Counted from the first letter of the stretch, positions 1-10,220 are shown. The stretch is 63,383 nucleotides of DNA from Clostridia bacterium DTU065 (GCA_001512545.1 LFSI01000061.1:1-63383); one strand, 5' to 3'. Made by a program: numbers and translations. The notes: a model not told the origin generated them from the letters alone.

Positions 1-196
1 GGAACAGATGCTTGTGCATCACGGTATTCCGGTTAGCATCTACTCCGATCGGCACTCCATTTAGATTCTCGAATTCCGAAGCAACAAATGCGAACTTACC
101 TCGGTTTCTGATAACTAGTTGCATACGTCTCTCGAACTCTTTGGGAAAGCCATCTGAGAACATGCTTGTTAAGACATATACACTCATCAAGACCAT
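1..196 (-). pseudogene. N-terminus of a probable peptidase S51/GATase-like protein, apparently disrupted near nt 65
   Basis: GGAGAAGGGA precedes ATG at 196. It reads MVLMSVYVLTSMFSDGFPKEFERRMQLVIRNRGKFAFVASEFE, then runs into the antisense of the transposase fragment. Family call is from recalled similarity only. Confidence 0.4.
2..64 (+). pseudogene. Truncated DDE transposase fragment (ISNCY/IS481-like integrase core), continuing from outside the window
   Basis: Frame starting at nt 2 reads EQMLVHHGIPVSIYSDRHSI*, resembling the 'GIPxSxYSDRHxIF' motif around the second catalytic Asp of these transposases. It stops prematurely at TAG 62-64. Confidence 0.6.
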
Positions 197-420
197 TCCC
201 TTCTCCGTCTTGCTCTGCAGACCAAGACGCCAAGTATCGCAACTGTTGCGAACATACTTAAGCAGAGCGGTTTCTTTCTACAAGGGAAAGCAGTTTTTCA
301 GAAAAACCAAATGGCTCAGAATCGTTGCTGTTGCAACTGATTCTGAGCCTTTTTCTCATTTTCGCGTTCACATTGAGCAACACACCACAATGTGTGCTTT
401 TGTCAACAACCCTAAAACCT

Positions 421-3400
421 TTAAAACAGAGACATCTGGTCGGTTTCGGGCAGTCCTTCCAAACATCCTGCAGAGCGCAGTGCATCAATCACCGCTCTGG
501 AGACTCTTGCCTTCTCCTGAAGATCCTGAATGGACCGGAACTCTCCGTTTGTGCTGGCTGCTGCAGCGAGAGCTTCTGCCGCTGCTGCTCCAACACCATC
601 CAGTGCTGAAAGGGGTGGGAGGAGCCCGGTAGGCGTGATCTTCATGGCGAAAGCATCGGACTCGTACAGGTCAATCTCCCGGAAAACGATTCCCCTTTGC
701 AGCGCTTCAAGAACAATCTCGAGGCTGGTGACAAGTCCAGCTTCTTTCTCTGAGAGGTCGCTGCCTTTGGCCTTCAGCTCCGCAAGGCGCATCTTGACGG
801 CATCTACTCCTTTGGCGGCAGAGTCTGCAGGAAACTCCGATGCTCTGATGGAGAAAAACGCTGCATAGTACGCTTCTGGGTAGTGCACTTTGAAGTAGGC
901 AATTCTAAACGCCATAATCACGTACGCTACAGCATGGGCTTTAGGGAAGAGGTAGCTGATCTTCCGGCAGGATTCAATGTACCACTGGGGTATGCCAACT
1001 TGCTCCATGGCAGAGACGTCTTCGTCGGAGAGGCCTCTACCCTTTCTCACCCGTTCCATGATACTGAAAGCTTTCTTAGGCTCCATGCCCTTTTGAATCA
1101 AAAAGTTCATGATATCATCGCGGGTGGCAATGGCGTCTTTGGCATCGGCTATACCATTTCGAATCAGGTCTTGGGCGTTGTTGGTCCAAACATCGGTGCC
1201 GTGGGAGAATCCGGAGATGCGGATCAGCTCGGCAAAGCTGGTGGGTTTGATCTCTTCAACCATGCGACGAACAAAGCTGGTACCAAACTCCGGTATGCCC
1301 AATACTCCTACTGAGAGGCCACCGATGTCTTCAGGTTCGAGGCCTAGGCTTTCCACTCCGGTAAAGAGAGCCATGGTCTTTGGATCATCTAGGGGGATCT
1401 CTGTTGGGTTAAGGCCGGTGAGATCTGCTAGCATCCGCAGCATGGTCGGATCGTCGTGTCCTAAGATATCCAGCTTTACCAGATTCTCGTCGATAGAATG
1501 GAAATCAAAATGGGTGGTTATAAAGCCCGCTTCGCTGTCGTTTGCCGGATGCTGAATCGGGGTAAATTCGTATATCTCTCTGCCTTCAGGCACCACCACC
1601 ATACCGCCAGGATGCTGGCCTGTAGTGCGCCTGATGCCCACGAGAGCCCTGGTAACCCTGTTAATCTCGGCTTCCGGCCACACGGTACCGCTTTCTTCCA
1701 GGTACTTGGCCACAAAACCATAGGCGGTCTTTTCCGCCAGCGTACCGATGGTTCCCGCCCTGAAGACGTGGTCTTTGCCGAAGAGCTCTTCGGTGTATTT
1801 GTGAATGGTCGACTGGTAGACCCCGGAGAAGTTGAGATCGATGTCGGGGACCTTATCTCCCTCAAAACCCATAAAGATCTCAAAAGGAATGTCGAATCCG
1901 TCACGGTGCAGGGGTGTGCCACAGCTCGGGCAATCCTTTTCCGGCAGGTCTACACCGCAGCCGTAGCTGGGGTCTGGTACCAGTTCGAAGTGGTGGCACT
2001 CGGGACAGATGTAGTGAGGCGGCAGCGGATTGACCTCGGTAATATCGCACATGGTGGCAACCAGTGAAGAGCCAACAGAGCCCCTAGACCCCACTAAGTA
2101 TCCGTCCTCGAGGGATTTGAGAACCAACTTGTTGGCGATGAGGTAAAGCACGGCAAAGCCGTTTGAGATAATCGCTTTCAGCTCTTTTTCCAACCTCTCC
2201 TTGACGATGGTTGGTAGGTTTTCACCATAGATCTCATAAGCTTTCTTGTAGGTCATTTCCTCGATGGCTTTTTCTGCCCCTTCGATCACCGGCGGGCAAA
2301 ACTCGTCGGAGATCGGTTTTACGTCTTCAATCATATCGGCTATAAGGTTGGTGTTGGTGACAACCACTTCATAAGCCGCTTCCTCTCCCAAGTATCTAAA
2401 CTCCTCTAGCATCTCTTCGGTAGTGCGGTAGTAGAGGGGAGGTTGATTTGCAGCATCTTGGTATCCCTGACCTGCCAGAAGCACTCGGCGGAAAACCTCG
2501 TCTTCAGGATTGAGAAAGTGCACATCGCCTGTTGCCACCACAGGAATATCCAAAGCCTTGCCGATCCTGTAGATGAGCGTATTGATCTCCTCTAGTTCTT
2601 TAAACGAAGAGACGATGTTTTCCCTAATCATGAAGGCGTTGTTTCCCAGAGGTTGGATCTCCAGGTAATCGTAAAATCTTGCAATCTCCAGGATCGCCTC
2701 ATCGTCAACCATATCGAAGATGCTGTCGTAGTAATTGCGTTTATGGAGAATGGCTTGGTAGAGCTCGCCAGCTTCGCAAGCTGAGCCTAAAATCAAGCCC
2801 TCCCGCAGCTCACATAGAGTCTCCTTGATCATGCGGGGATGCCTGTAAAAGCTTTCAATGTGGCTCAGACTAACCAGCTTGTAGAGGTTGAACATCCCCT
2901 TTTGGTTCTTCACCAGCACAATAATGTGGTAGGTGGGCTCTTCCTTGGCAGCACTGTTTGCCAGATACCCCTCTACGCCGTAGAGCACTTTAACGCCGAA
3001 CTTCGAGGCACGCTTGTAGAACTCGGGAAAAGCCTGCACAGTTCCGTGGTCCGTAACTGCCAGTCTGTCATGTCCCATCGTCTTTGCCAGAGCCAGGACG
3101 TCCTGCGGATCTACCACTGCATCAAGGGAACTGAGCTTGGTGTGCAGGTGAAGCTCAACCCGCTTTGCAGAAGCTCCGTCTATCCGCTCTTTGGGCTCTG
3201 CTTCGTTTATTGCGTTGGGATAGATTACAAGCCCGCGGGAGTATGTATCGTACTCCATCCTGCCCTCCAGAAGCACCCAACAGCCCTCCTTGATGAACTC
3301 GGGAAGGATTGCATCCTTGTCCAAGAAAACCTTCACAGGGTAGGTGCTGGTATAGTCCGTTACATCGAGTGTCAAGAGAGTCCTCCCGGTTTTAAACTCC

Positions 3401-3858
3401 CGTCGCTCCAAGCTGCAGATCCGACCGTAAACAGTGACGCTGGGCAGCTCCTCGCTGATTTCACTGAGCTTAACAGGAGTTCCAGTGACCGTGCTTTCAA
3501 AGACGCTCCTCCGCGCTCTGCGGCGACCACCGCCCTGTTCTGCAGCGTCGGGCCTGCTTCCGCTGTTTTGTCCGGTATTGGGCATGACCTTTGGCTTTAC
3601 GGGCTTAGGCTTATCTCCCGTATAGTCTGAGTCCTCAAGCCAGCAGCAGACGTTAATGGTTCTTGCTTCAGGAATGTGGGACTTGATGGCGTCTCTGATC
3701 TTTTGCTTGGTCTTGAAGTCCAGTTCTGTATGGCTTCTAACGTCGACCTCCAAGCGCCCCCGTTCCTCATCTACTACTACGCGCACTATCCGGACAGGGA
3801 GATCCGGTAGGAGCTTTCGGCATTTTTCTTCGTTTGGTTCGATAATGTAGGTTGCCAT
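421..3858 (-). CDS. polC: DNA polymerase III PolC-type, lacking the inserted 3'-5' exonuclease domain
   Basis: OB domain before PHP (RVELHLHT, TDHG), GSRGSVGSS, Zn finger CPEC..CPSC, KVPDIDLNF, KLDILGHDDPT, C-terminal QMSLF clamp motif; 1145 aa. Confidence 0.97.
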   Translation of the reverse strand: MATYIIEPNEEKCRKLLPDLPVRIVRVVVDEERGRLEVDVRSHTELDFKTKQKIRDAIKSHIPEARTINVCCWLEDSDYTGDKPKPVKPKVMPNTGQNSGSRPDAAEQGGGRRRARRSVFESTVTGTPVKLSEISEELPSVTVYGRICSLERREFKTGRTLLTLDVTDYTSTYPVKVFLDKDAILPEFIKEGCWVLLEGRMEYDTYSRGLVIYPNAINEAEPKERIDGASAKRVELHLHTKLSSLDAVVDPQDVLALAKTMGHDRLAVTDHGTVQAFPEFYKRASKFGVKVLYGVEGYLANSAAKEEPTYHIIVLVKNQKGMFNLYKLVSLSHIESFYRHPRMIKETLCELREGLILGSACEAGELYQAILHKRNYYDSIFDMVDDEAILEIARFYDYLEIQPLGNNAFMIRENIVSSFKELEEINTLIYRIGKALDIPVVATGDVHFLNPEDEVFRRVLLAGQGYQDAANQPPLYYRTTEEMLEEFRYLGEEAAYEVVVTNTNLIADMIEDVKPISDEFCPPVIEGAEKAIEEMTYKKAYEIYGENLPTIVKERLEKELKAIISNGFAVLYLIANKLVLKSLEDGYLVGSRGSVGSSLVATMCDITEVNPLPPHYICPECHHFELVPDPSYGCGVDLPEKDCPSCGTPLHRDGFDIPFEIFMGFEGDKVPDIDLNFSGVYQSTIHKYTEELFGKDHVFRAGTIGTLAEKTAYGFVAKYLEESGTVWPEAEINRVTRALVGIRRTTGQHPGGMVVVPEGREIYEFTPIQHPANDSEAGFITTHFDFHSIDENLVKLDILGHDDPTMLRMLADLTGLNPTEIPLDDPKTMALFTGVESLGLEPEDIGGLSVGVLGIPEFGTSFVRRMVEEIKPTSFAELIRISGFSHGTDVWTNNAQDLIRNGIADAKDAIATRDDIMNFLIQKGMEPKKAFSIMERVRKGRGLSDEDVSAMEQVGIPQWYIESCRKISYLFPKAHAVAYVIMAFRIAYFKVHYPEAYYAAFFSIRASEFPADSAAKGVDAVKMRLAELKAKGSDLSEKEAGLVTSLEIVLEALQRGIVFREIDLYESDAFAMKITPTGLLPPLSALDGVGAAAAEALAAAASTNGEFRSIQDLQEKARVSRAVIDALRSAGCLEGLPETDQMSLF

Positions 3859-3955
3859 GTGTGCACCTCCCTCCGCAAGACGACGACTCTTTCACAATTA
3901 AGAACACTCATGACCTGCGCCACGAGTGCTCTCGTCCGTACAGCGTTTTTCGGTT

Positions 3956-4588
3956 TTACATAGAAGCTTTAATAATCTCCCAGTACATTCTCAGCCGGAC
4001 CTTTAAGCCGCCGAAAAACCCCAATTTTTCTTCTTTCATAACCTGACTCATTTGATCCCACACTACGCGTTGTACTTTCCATCTGTGCTTTTTGCTGTAC
4101 TTCGTAATCTCGATTTCTACTCCGTAGCGGGATGTGGCAAGGTTGGGTATTTTCAAAAAATCTTCACGGAAAATCGCCCGTTGACCTGAAAGAAACGGCG
4201 CTACTTTCTGCGCTGCGTCTGTGGAAAATCTTCCGTGTCCGAAAATTCCCATGCTCATTTTCGCTCTACCCTCAAGAAGAGGTTTTGTTAGACTGCTAAT
4301 GTGTTCCGGGGTTAGTCCGATGAGATCAGCGTCTACGAATACGAGCATGTCCGCATCGGTAAACATTGCTCCCTCGAGCATTGCTCCGCCTTTACCTCTG
4401 TTGGGATTCAGCTCCAGGACTTCTGCTCCGCAGCTTTTGGCAACGTCTGCTGTGCGATCCTCACAGCCATCACAGACGACCAAAACCTGGTGGATGTAGC
4501 CCTGTTCTTTTGCAAACCCAAGAGGTACGAGGACTTTACTGATGTTGTCCTCCTCGTTGTAGGCTGGAACGATAGCTGCTATCTTCAA
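3956..4588 (-). CDS. Glycosyltransferase family 2
   Basis: IVPAYNEE, VVCDGCEDRT, NRGKGGA, FVDADL. Likely TTG start at 4588 after GGAGG. Confidence 0.9.
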   Translation of the reverse strand: MKIAAIVPAYNEEDNISKVLVPLGFAKEQGYIHQVLVVCDGCEDRTADVAKSCGAEVLELNPNRGKGGAMLEGAMFTDADMLVFVDADLIGLTPEHISSLTKPLLEGRAKMSMGIFGHGRFSTDAAQKVAPFLSGQRAIFREDFLKIPNLATSRYGVEIEITKYSKKHRWKVQRVVWDQMSQVMKEEKLGFFGGLKVRLRMYWEIIKASM

Positions 4589-4635
4589 CCTCCACACCTC
4601 TATTCTTGTTCTTTTCCCGGACTGCCTCAAACTGT

Positions 4636-5715
4636 TTACTTCAAGGCGTCTTTCTGTTTCTTTTCCTGTAGAAGGCGCTCTAAATGCACGGTAAACCGTT
4701 CAAAAAGATCTTCTTCCTTAACCTTCTCTACTATTTCTCCACCCACAAAGATTACACCTGCACCTCTGCCTCCGGCAACACCTATGTCTGCTTCTCTTGC
4801 CTCCCCAGGTCCGTTAACAACGCACCCCATCACTGCAATGGTGATGTCCTCTGGTATGGATTCGGTGAGCTTTTCTACCTGGGTTGCAAGTGTGTAAAGA
4901 TCGATCTCTGTTCTGCCGCATGTCGGGCAGGAGATGATGGTTGGTCCCATCTTTCTGCGTCCGGTGGCTTTGAGAATCTCTTTGGCCACCTTAACCTCCT
5001 CTGTGGGAGGTGCAGTTAGAGACACTCTGATAGTCTCCCCGATCCCTTCAAGAAGCAGTACTCCTAATCCAACTGCAGATTTAATGGTCCCCGAAAACGC
5101 TGTACCGGCTTCGGTTATGCCAAGATGCAGAGGGCTGTCGCAGATCTGGCGAAAGGTCCTGTTGACGCTAAGAGTCGTGGGAATATCGGATGCCTTTAGC
5201 GATACCACCACGTCGTAAAAACCGCTGTCGTAGAGGAAATCCACGTAATCCTTGGCGGATCTGGTCATTGCTTCAGCTTTGGTGATCTCGCCGGACTGTA
5301 TCTTCGCTAGGTAATCCCTGCCGATGCTGCCAGAGTTAACTCCTACGCGTATGGCACTTCTGCCACTTGCAGCTCTGGCAACTTCCCGGAGTTTGTCCAG
5401 ACCTCCGAGATTGCCGGGGTTTACCCGGACTTTGCTTGCACCGGCTTCGATGGCTTCTACCGCCAAACGCCAGTCAAAGTGAATATCGGCAACAATCGGA
5501 CAAGGTGCAGACTTCACGATCTCTTTAAACGCCTTGATGGTGTCTTTACTAGGGACTGCAACGCGGACGAAGTCGCAGCCAACCTCGCACAGAGCGTTGA
5601 TCTGCTCTAAGGTGGCTTTGACGTCTTCCGTCTTCGTATTGGTCATGGACTGAATGAGCACGGGGGCATCGCCCCCAAGCTGGAGAGGTCCAATCTTAAC
5701 TTCGCGAACTTTCAT
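4636..5715 (-). CDS. ispG: HMBPP synthase
   Basis: IQSMTNT, ADIHFD, LHLGITEAG, SCPTCGR, MGCVVNGPGE. Confidence 0.97.
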   Translation of the reverse strand: MKVREVKIGPLQLGGDAPVLIQSMTNTKTEDVKATLEQINALCEVGCDFVRVAVPSKDTIKAFKEIVKSAPCPIVADIHFDWRLAVEAIEAGASKVRVNPGNLGGLDKLREVARAASGRSAIRVGVNSGSIGRDYLAKIQSGEITKAEAMTRSAKDYVDFLYDSGFYDVVVSLKASDIPTTLSVNRTFRQICDSPLHLGITEAGTAFSGTIKSAVGLGVLLLEGIGETIRVSLTAPPTEEVKVAKEILKATGRRKMGPTIISCPTCGRTEIDLYTLATQVEKLTESIPEDITIAVMGCVVNGPGEAREADIGVAGGRGAGVIFVGGEIVEKVKEEDLFERFTVHLERLLQEKKQKDALK

Positions 5716-5722
5716 CCTATCA

Positions 5723-6808
5723 CTATCTTTCCAAGAAGCTCAACCAGCCCAACCGGGAGAAATCGCTGTAGGTTGCAAACAAAAACAACCCAGCAATAAA
5801 GACCAGACCGGTCATCTGAGCGATAGCTTTTTGTCTCTCGGTCAGAGGTTTCCTGCGGATCAACTCGATGATGATCAGAAGGATCCAACCTCCGTCCAGG
5901 ATTGGGACCGGCAAAAGGTTGACTATGGCAAAGTTCACCGAGAGGAACACCGCAAGATACATTACGTTGAGCAGACCGAGCAAGAAGTTAACTTCCATGT
6001 ACGATGCTGTTTCGCCGATGATCTGAACCATGCCGATGGGGCCGGCAACGTCCGCTTCCACTTTTCCGGTGATCATGGCTTTCAGTCCCCTAAATAGGGT
6101 CACTATCATGATCTTGGTGTTGTCCCAGCCGGAAACCAACAGGTTCAAAGCGTTCAGCGGTATCTGCTTGTACGTCAAACCGTCTACGCCGATGATGGAT
6201 CGGCCGAGCTCCTCGTTGAACTCGGGACTAACTTCAAAAGTCAGGAAGGTGTCATCTCTTTTTACCTTGAGCTGCAGACTCTGCCCCTGACTTGAGGCAA
6301 TCAGCTGCAGAAACTGGCCCTGGTTGTAAAGGTTCATGTTGTCAACGGCCCAAATCTCGTCTCCGGACTGAATGCCCGCCCGTTCTGCAGGGCTTCCAGG
6401 TACCGACTGTCCTACCACCGGAACTTGCCTGCCGCTCATGCCGATGATCAGCACTGAAATCACCATGGCAAACACGATGTTCATCAACGGTCCAGCGGCA
6501 ATTGTGGCCACTTTGCCCCAAGCGGGCTTATTGGTGTAAAGCCTTTCAGGCGGAACGTCTCCTCTTTCTGCGTCTGCTGCTCCATCCATGCCAGCGACGC
6601 TGACAAACCCTCCAAATGGAAATGCTCGGATGGAGTACTGAGTCTCTTTAGTCTTCTTTTTGAACAGTACAGGTCCAAAACCGATACTGAACTCGTAAAC
6701 CCAGATTCCCAGAGCCTTTGCCACAAGAAAGTGACCTAGTTCGTGAACGATCACAAGGACCGCAAATACCAAAACAATCGTTATCAGTTGAACGATTATG
6801 TTCTCCAC
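5723..6808 (-). CDS. rseP: RIP metalloprotease RseP/RasP
   Basis: HELGH, PDZ domain, NLLPVPILDGG; position after dxr. Confidence 0.95.
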   Translation of the reverse strand: MENIIVQLITIVLVFAVLVIVHELGHFLVAKALGIWVYEFSIGFGPVLFKKKTKETQYSIRAFPFGGFVSVAGMDGAADAERGDVPPERLYTNKPAWGKVATIAAGPLMNIVFAMVISVLIIGMSGRQVPVVGQSVPGSPAERAGIQSGDEIWAVDNMNLYNQGQFLQLIASSQGQSLQLKVKRDDTFLTFEVSPEFNEELGRSIIGVDGLTYKQIPLNALNLLVSGWDNTKIMIVTLFRGLKAMITGKVEADVAGPIGMVQIIGETASYMEVNFLLGLLNVMYLAVFLSVNFAIVNLLPVPILDGGWILLIIIELIRRKPLTERQKAIAQMTGLVFIAGLFLFATYSDFSRLGWLSFLER

Positions 6809-7956
6809 CTCCCGGTTTCTATAAGACCGACGGCAAACTCTCTTACCAGCTTATCAACTTCGAGCAGTTCGGACAGGGTCGAAGCTGATCTTGTGGGAAA
6901 ACGCTCAAGGGTCTCTAGAACAACCTCGTAGATGCCGCCAAAGGTGATCTTCCGTTTGAGGAAGTGTTCCACAGCCACTTCGTTGGCGGCATTCAACACA
7001 ACTGGCCTATCCCCACCTGCTCTTCCAGCCTCATACGCAAGCCTTAAGCAGCCGAACTTTTCCAGATCCGGCGCGAAAAACTCCAAGGTCTTTCCTACCA
7101 AATTCAGCCTTTCGGACCTGGGCTTTCTCTGGGGGTAGGTCAGCGCCAGCTGAATTGGCACCCGCATGTCCGCAATGCCCAGCTGGGCGATGATCGCACC
7201 ATCATTATATTCAACATAAGAATGGATTATTGATTGCGGATGAACCAACACTTCTATTCTATCGTAGTCTATGCCAAACAGGTAGTGGGCTTCGATGACC
7301 TCAAGCCCTTTGTTCATCATTGTAGCTGAATCAATGGTGATTTTGCCACCCATATCCCACGTTGGATGAGCGAGAGCATCTTCTAGCGCTGCAACTCGCA
7401 TCTTTTCAGCTGGCACATGCAAGAATGGTCCCCCTGATGCAGTAAGGACGATTTTCCCCACTGCATCTATATCTTGACCAAGTAAGCACTGGAAAATAGC
7501 CGAGTGTTCGCTGTCAATAGGTATGAGTTCGGTTCCGTGCTGGCTGCATTCAGCCAAAAGGAGCTCTCCACCTAGAACCAAAGACTCCTTGTTTGCCAGT
7601 GCAAGTCTTTTGCCAAGCCTTGCAGCTGCAAGGGCTGGCAAGAGACCAGCTGCTCCAACAACGCTGACAATGGTGATATCGGCATCCGCTTCCAAGACTA
7701 GGGTTTCCAGGGGCTTGTCCCCACCTACAACCTGCGCAATAGAGCCCGTTAAGCGGGCTTCCAGTTCTTCCCTGGCCTTTGGGTCCTGCACAGCCACAAG
7801 ACGCGGCTGAAACTCTCCAATCTGTGCATAGAGCTTGTCTACGCTGGTGTTTGCAGCCAACGCTACAACCTGAAACTCATGGTCTAGATCCCGTAGTACG
7901 TCTAATGCTTGAGTGCCTATTGATCCGGTGCTGCCAATAATTGCCACAGTCTTCAT
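6796..7956 (-). CDS. dxr: 1-deoxy-D-xylulose 5-phosphate reductoisomerase
   Basis: GSTGSIG, LANKE, PIDSEHSAIFQ, MGGKITIDSATMMNKGLE. Confidence 0.98.
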   Translation of the reverse strand: MKTVAIIGSTGSIGTQALDVLRDLDHEFQVVALAANTSVDKLYAQIGEFQPRLVAVQDPKAREELEARLTGSIAQVVGGDKPLETLVLEADADITIVSVVGAAGLLPALAAARLGKRLALANKESLVLGGELLLAECSQHGTELIPIDSEHSAIFQCLLGQDIDAVGKIVLTASGGPFLHVPAEKMRVAALEDALAHPTWDMGGKITIDSATMMNKGLEVIEAHYLFGIDYDRIEVLVHPQSIIHSYVEYNDGAIIAQLGIADMRVPIQLALTYPQRKPRSERLNLVGKTLEFFAPDLEKFGCLRLAYEAGRAGGDRPVVLNAANEVAVEHFLKRKITFGGIYEVVLETLERFPTRSASTLSELLEVDKLVREFAVGLIETGRWRT

Positions 7957-7963
7957 TAAAAGT

Positions 7964-8725
7964 TCACCTCAGAATCCAGCTGATTGCCAAATAGAGAAAC
8001 GGTGCAAGGACAATCATGCTGTCACACCGATCCAAAACCCCGCCGTGACCTGGAAGGATGAAACCACTATCCTTGATGCCGCACTCCCTCTTCATGGCCG
8101 ATTCCAAAAGATCGCCTACTTGGGCAACGACACTTCCTCCAACACCAATGAGAGCTCCGTAGAGCGTCGGGACTATGCCGAACAAACCGGCGACCAGTCC
8201 GCCAAGGAGTCCTCCCACCAGACCTCCAAAGGCACCTTCCCAGGACTTCTTCGGCGAAACTGCCGGCCAAAGCTTGTTTCTACCGTACTTAATACCCCAA
8301 AAGTAGGCAATTGTATCGCTTCCCCAGGTAATCAAGAGCAAGAGGATGATGTACCCAAAGCTCAGATCTCTTAGTAGCGGCAGGAAGGCAAACAGGCCTC
8401 CTGCATAGACGCTGCCCATAAGGAGGAGAGAGCCGTTTTTAAGTACCGATCTTGTGCGGAACAGCTCTAGTATCAGAAGGGCGACAAAAAGAACTACTAG
8501 CAGATTGTACAGCTTGAAATAAACGCAAAGGTATGAGGCAACTCCGCCTAGGATCAGAGCGGAAAGGCTTAGGTTGCTGCCTAAACCTGCGGCAAACCCG
8601 TGGAACTCATACAGCGCGATGACGGCCGCAAGAAGCCCCAGGGTGAAAAACCACCAGCCCCCCAAACTTGCAACTATCAATAGTAGGGGAATTCCCACCA
8701 CTGCCGTCAAAACCCTCGTCTTCAT
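7964..8725 (-). CDS. cdsA: Phosphatidate cytidylyltransferase
   Basis: SPKKSWEG, GDLLESAMKR..IKDSG..LPGHGGVLDRCD. Confidence 0.97.
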   Translation of the reverse strand: MKTRVLTAVVGIPLLLIVASLGGWWFFTLGLLAAVIALYEFHGFAAGLGSNLSLSALILGGVASYLCVYFKLYNLLVVLFVALLILELFRTRSVLKNGSLLLMGSVYAGGLFAFLPLLRDLSFGYIILLLLITWGSDTIAYFWGIKYGRNKLWPAVSPKKSWEGAFGGLVGGLLGGLVAGLFGIVPTLYGALIGVGGSVVAQVGDLLESAMKRECGIKDSGFILPGHGGVLDRCDSMIVLAPFLYLAISWILR

Positions 8726-8737
8726 AGAAAACCCTCC

Positions 8738-9457
8738 TCATACGTTTCCAAAGCGTCTACCTCTCTTGCCGTAATCTACAAGCGCCTTTAGGTATTCTTC
8801 CTCGGTAAAATCCGGCCAAAGAGTATCGGTAAACCATAGTTCCGAATAGGCTCCCTGCCAGAGTAAAAAGTTTGATAGGCGCATTTCTCCGCTGGTTCGG
8901 ATAATCAGGTCGGGATCGGGCTGGGATGCGGTATCTAAGTATGTATCTATCAAATCAGGTGTAACACTGTCTATGGGAAATTTGCCTGATTCAACGTCCC
9001 TGTAGATGCGCTTTATCGCCCGCACCAGTTCGTCTTTCCCGCCGTAGTTTAAAGCCAGGTTCAGAATCATACCGGTGTTATTGTCGGTTTTTTGTATGGC
9101 TTCTAGCAAAGCCTGCTGCACTTCCCGCGGAAGGTTGGAAATGTCGCCTATAGCCCTGAGCCTTACGTTTTCTCTGCACAGTTCGTCCAGTTCCTTTTTA
9201 AGGTAGCTGATGAGCAGGTTCATCAGATAGCTGACTTCCTCCTCTGGACGCCGCCAGTTTTCGGTGGAAAAAGCGTACAAAGTAAGGACTTCGACGCCGA
9301 CTTCGCCACTGGTTCTAACCACCATTCTGACTGTTTTGGCTCCCTCACGGTGGCCGGCAACCCGAGGCAGACCTCGCTTCTTGGCCCACCTGCCATTTCC
9401 ATCCATTATGATGGCCACATGTCTCGGTACTACGGTTAATGCAGGTCTCTGCGGCAT
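8738..9457 (-). CDS. uppS: Undecaprenyl diphosphate synthase
   Basis: HVAIIMDGNGRWA, YAFSTENW, RTSGEMRLSNFLLWQ. Confidence 0.98.
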   Translation of the reverse strand: MPQRPALTVVPRHVAIIMDGNGRWAKKRGLPRVAGHREGAKTVRMVVRTSGEVGVEVLTLYAFSTENWRRPEEEVSYLMNLLISYLKKELDELCRENVRLRAIGDISNLPREVQQALLEAIQKTDNNTGMILNLALNYGGKDELVRAIKRIYRDVESGKFPIDSVTPDLIDTYLDTASQPDPDLIIRTSGEMRLSNFLLWQGAYSELWFTDTLWPDFTEEEYLKALVDYGKRGRRFGNV

Positions 9458-9476
9458 AAAAATCCCCCTAACTAGA

Positions 9477-9662
9477 CTACGAAAGACCGGTGTCTGTCGG
9501 CACTTCGAAAGCCGTGGTTATCTCTATTACTTGGTCCAACCTGCGAATCCGCAGGATCATCTCCCGACCTGTATTCTCTGCATTCAAGCGCTTAACAACA
9601 AAGGGAGCGTTTGGCTCCCTTTGAAGCAAGTCGCTAAGAGGCCGTCCCAAATAGCGTTCCAA
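9477..9662 (-). CDS. Small hypothetical protein between frr and uppS
   Basis: 61-aa ORF filling the gap; GGAGG (end of frr) lies upstream of the TTG start. Confidence 0.55.
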   Translation of the reverse strand: MERYLGRPLSDLLQREPNAPFVVKRLNAENTGREMILRIRRLDQVIEITTAFEVPTDTGLS

Positions 9663-9665
9663 GAC

Positions 9666-10220
9666 CTAAACCTCCATGATCTCTTTCTCTTTGTCTGCTA
9701 GAATGCCGTCTATTTTGGCAATGTAGTCGTCGGTCAACTTCTGCACTTCGTTTTGACCTTTTTTGAGATCATCTTCGGTGATCTCTTTGTCTTTCTCCAG
9801 TTTTTTCAGTGCTTCGTTGCTGTCCCTGCGTACGTTGCGCACTGCAACTCGCATATCCTCACAGATCTTCTTGGCCACCTTAACCAGCTCTTTGCGGCGT
9901 TCTTCTGTGAGCGGAGGAATGGCTATTCTCAAGACATTGCCGTCTGATGCCGGGTTGAACCCCAAGTCGGCAATGCGAATCGCCTTATCGATGGCATTTA
10001 TGGTGGATTTGTCATAAGGCTGAACGACGATCATTCTCGGTTCGGGCACGGAAACTATCGCCACCTGATTCAGAGGCATCTTCGTACCGTAGGCCTCTAC
10101 CTCAACGCGGTCGAGCAGCGCAGGATTAGCCCTGCCCGTGCGCAACGTGCTGAGCTCTCTTTTAGCTGCTTCAACAACCTTTTCCATTCTGGCTTTAGCT
10201 TCATCAAGTACCTTTTGCAT
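9666..10220 (-). CDS. frr: Ribosome recycling factor
   Basis: LRTGRANP, PPLTEERRKELVK, VRNVRRD. Confidence 0.98.
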   Translation of the reverse strand: MQKVLDEAKARMEKVVEAAKRELSTLRTGRANPALLDRVEVEAYGTKMPLNQVAIVSVPEPRMIVVQPYDKSTINAIDKAIRIADLGFNPASDGNVLRIAIPPLTEERRKELVKVAKKICEDMRVAVRNVRRDSNEALKKLEKDKEITEDDLKKGQNEVQKLTDDYIAKIDGILADKEKEIMEV

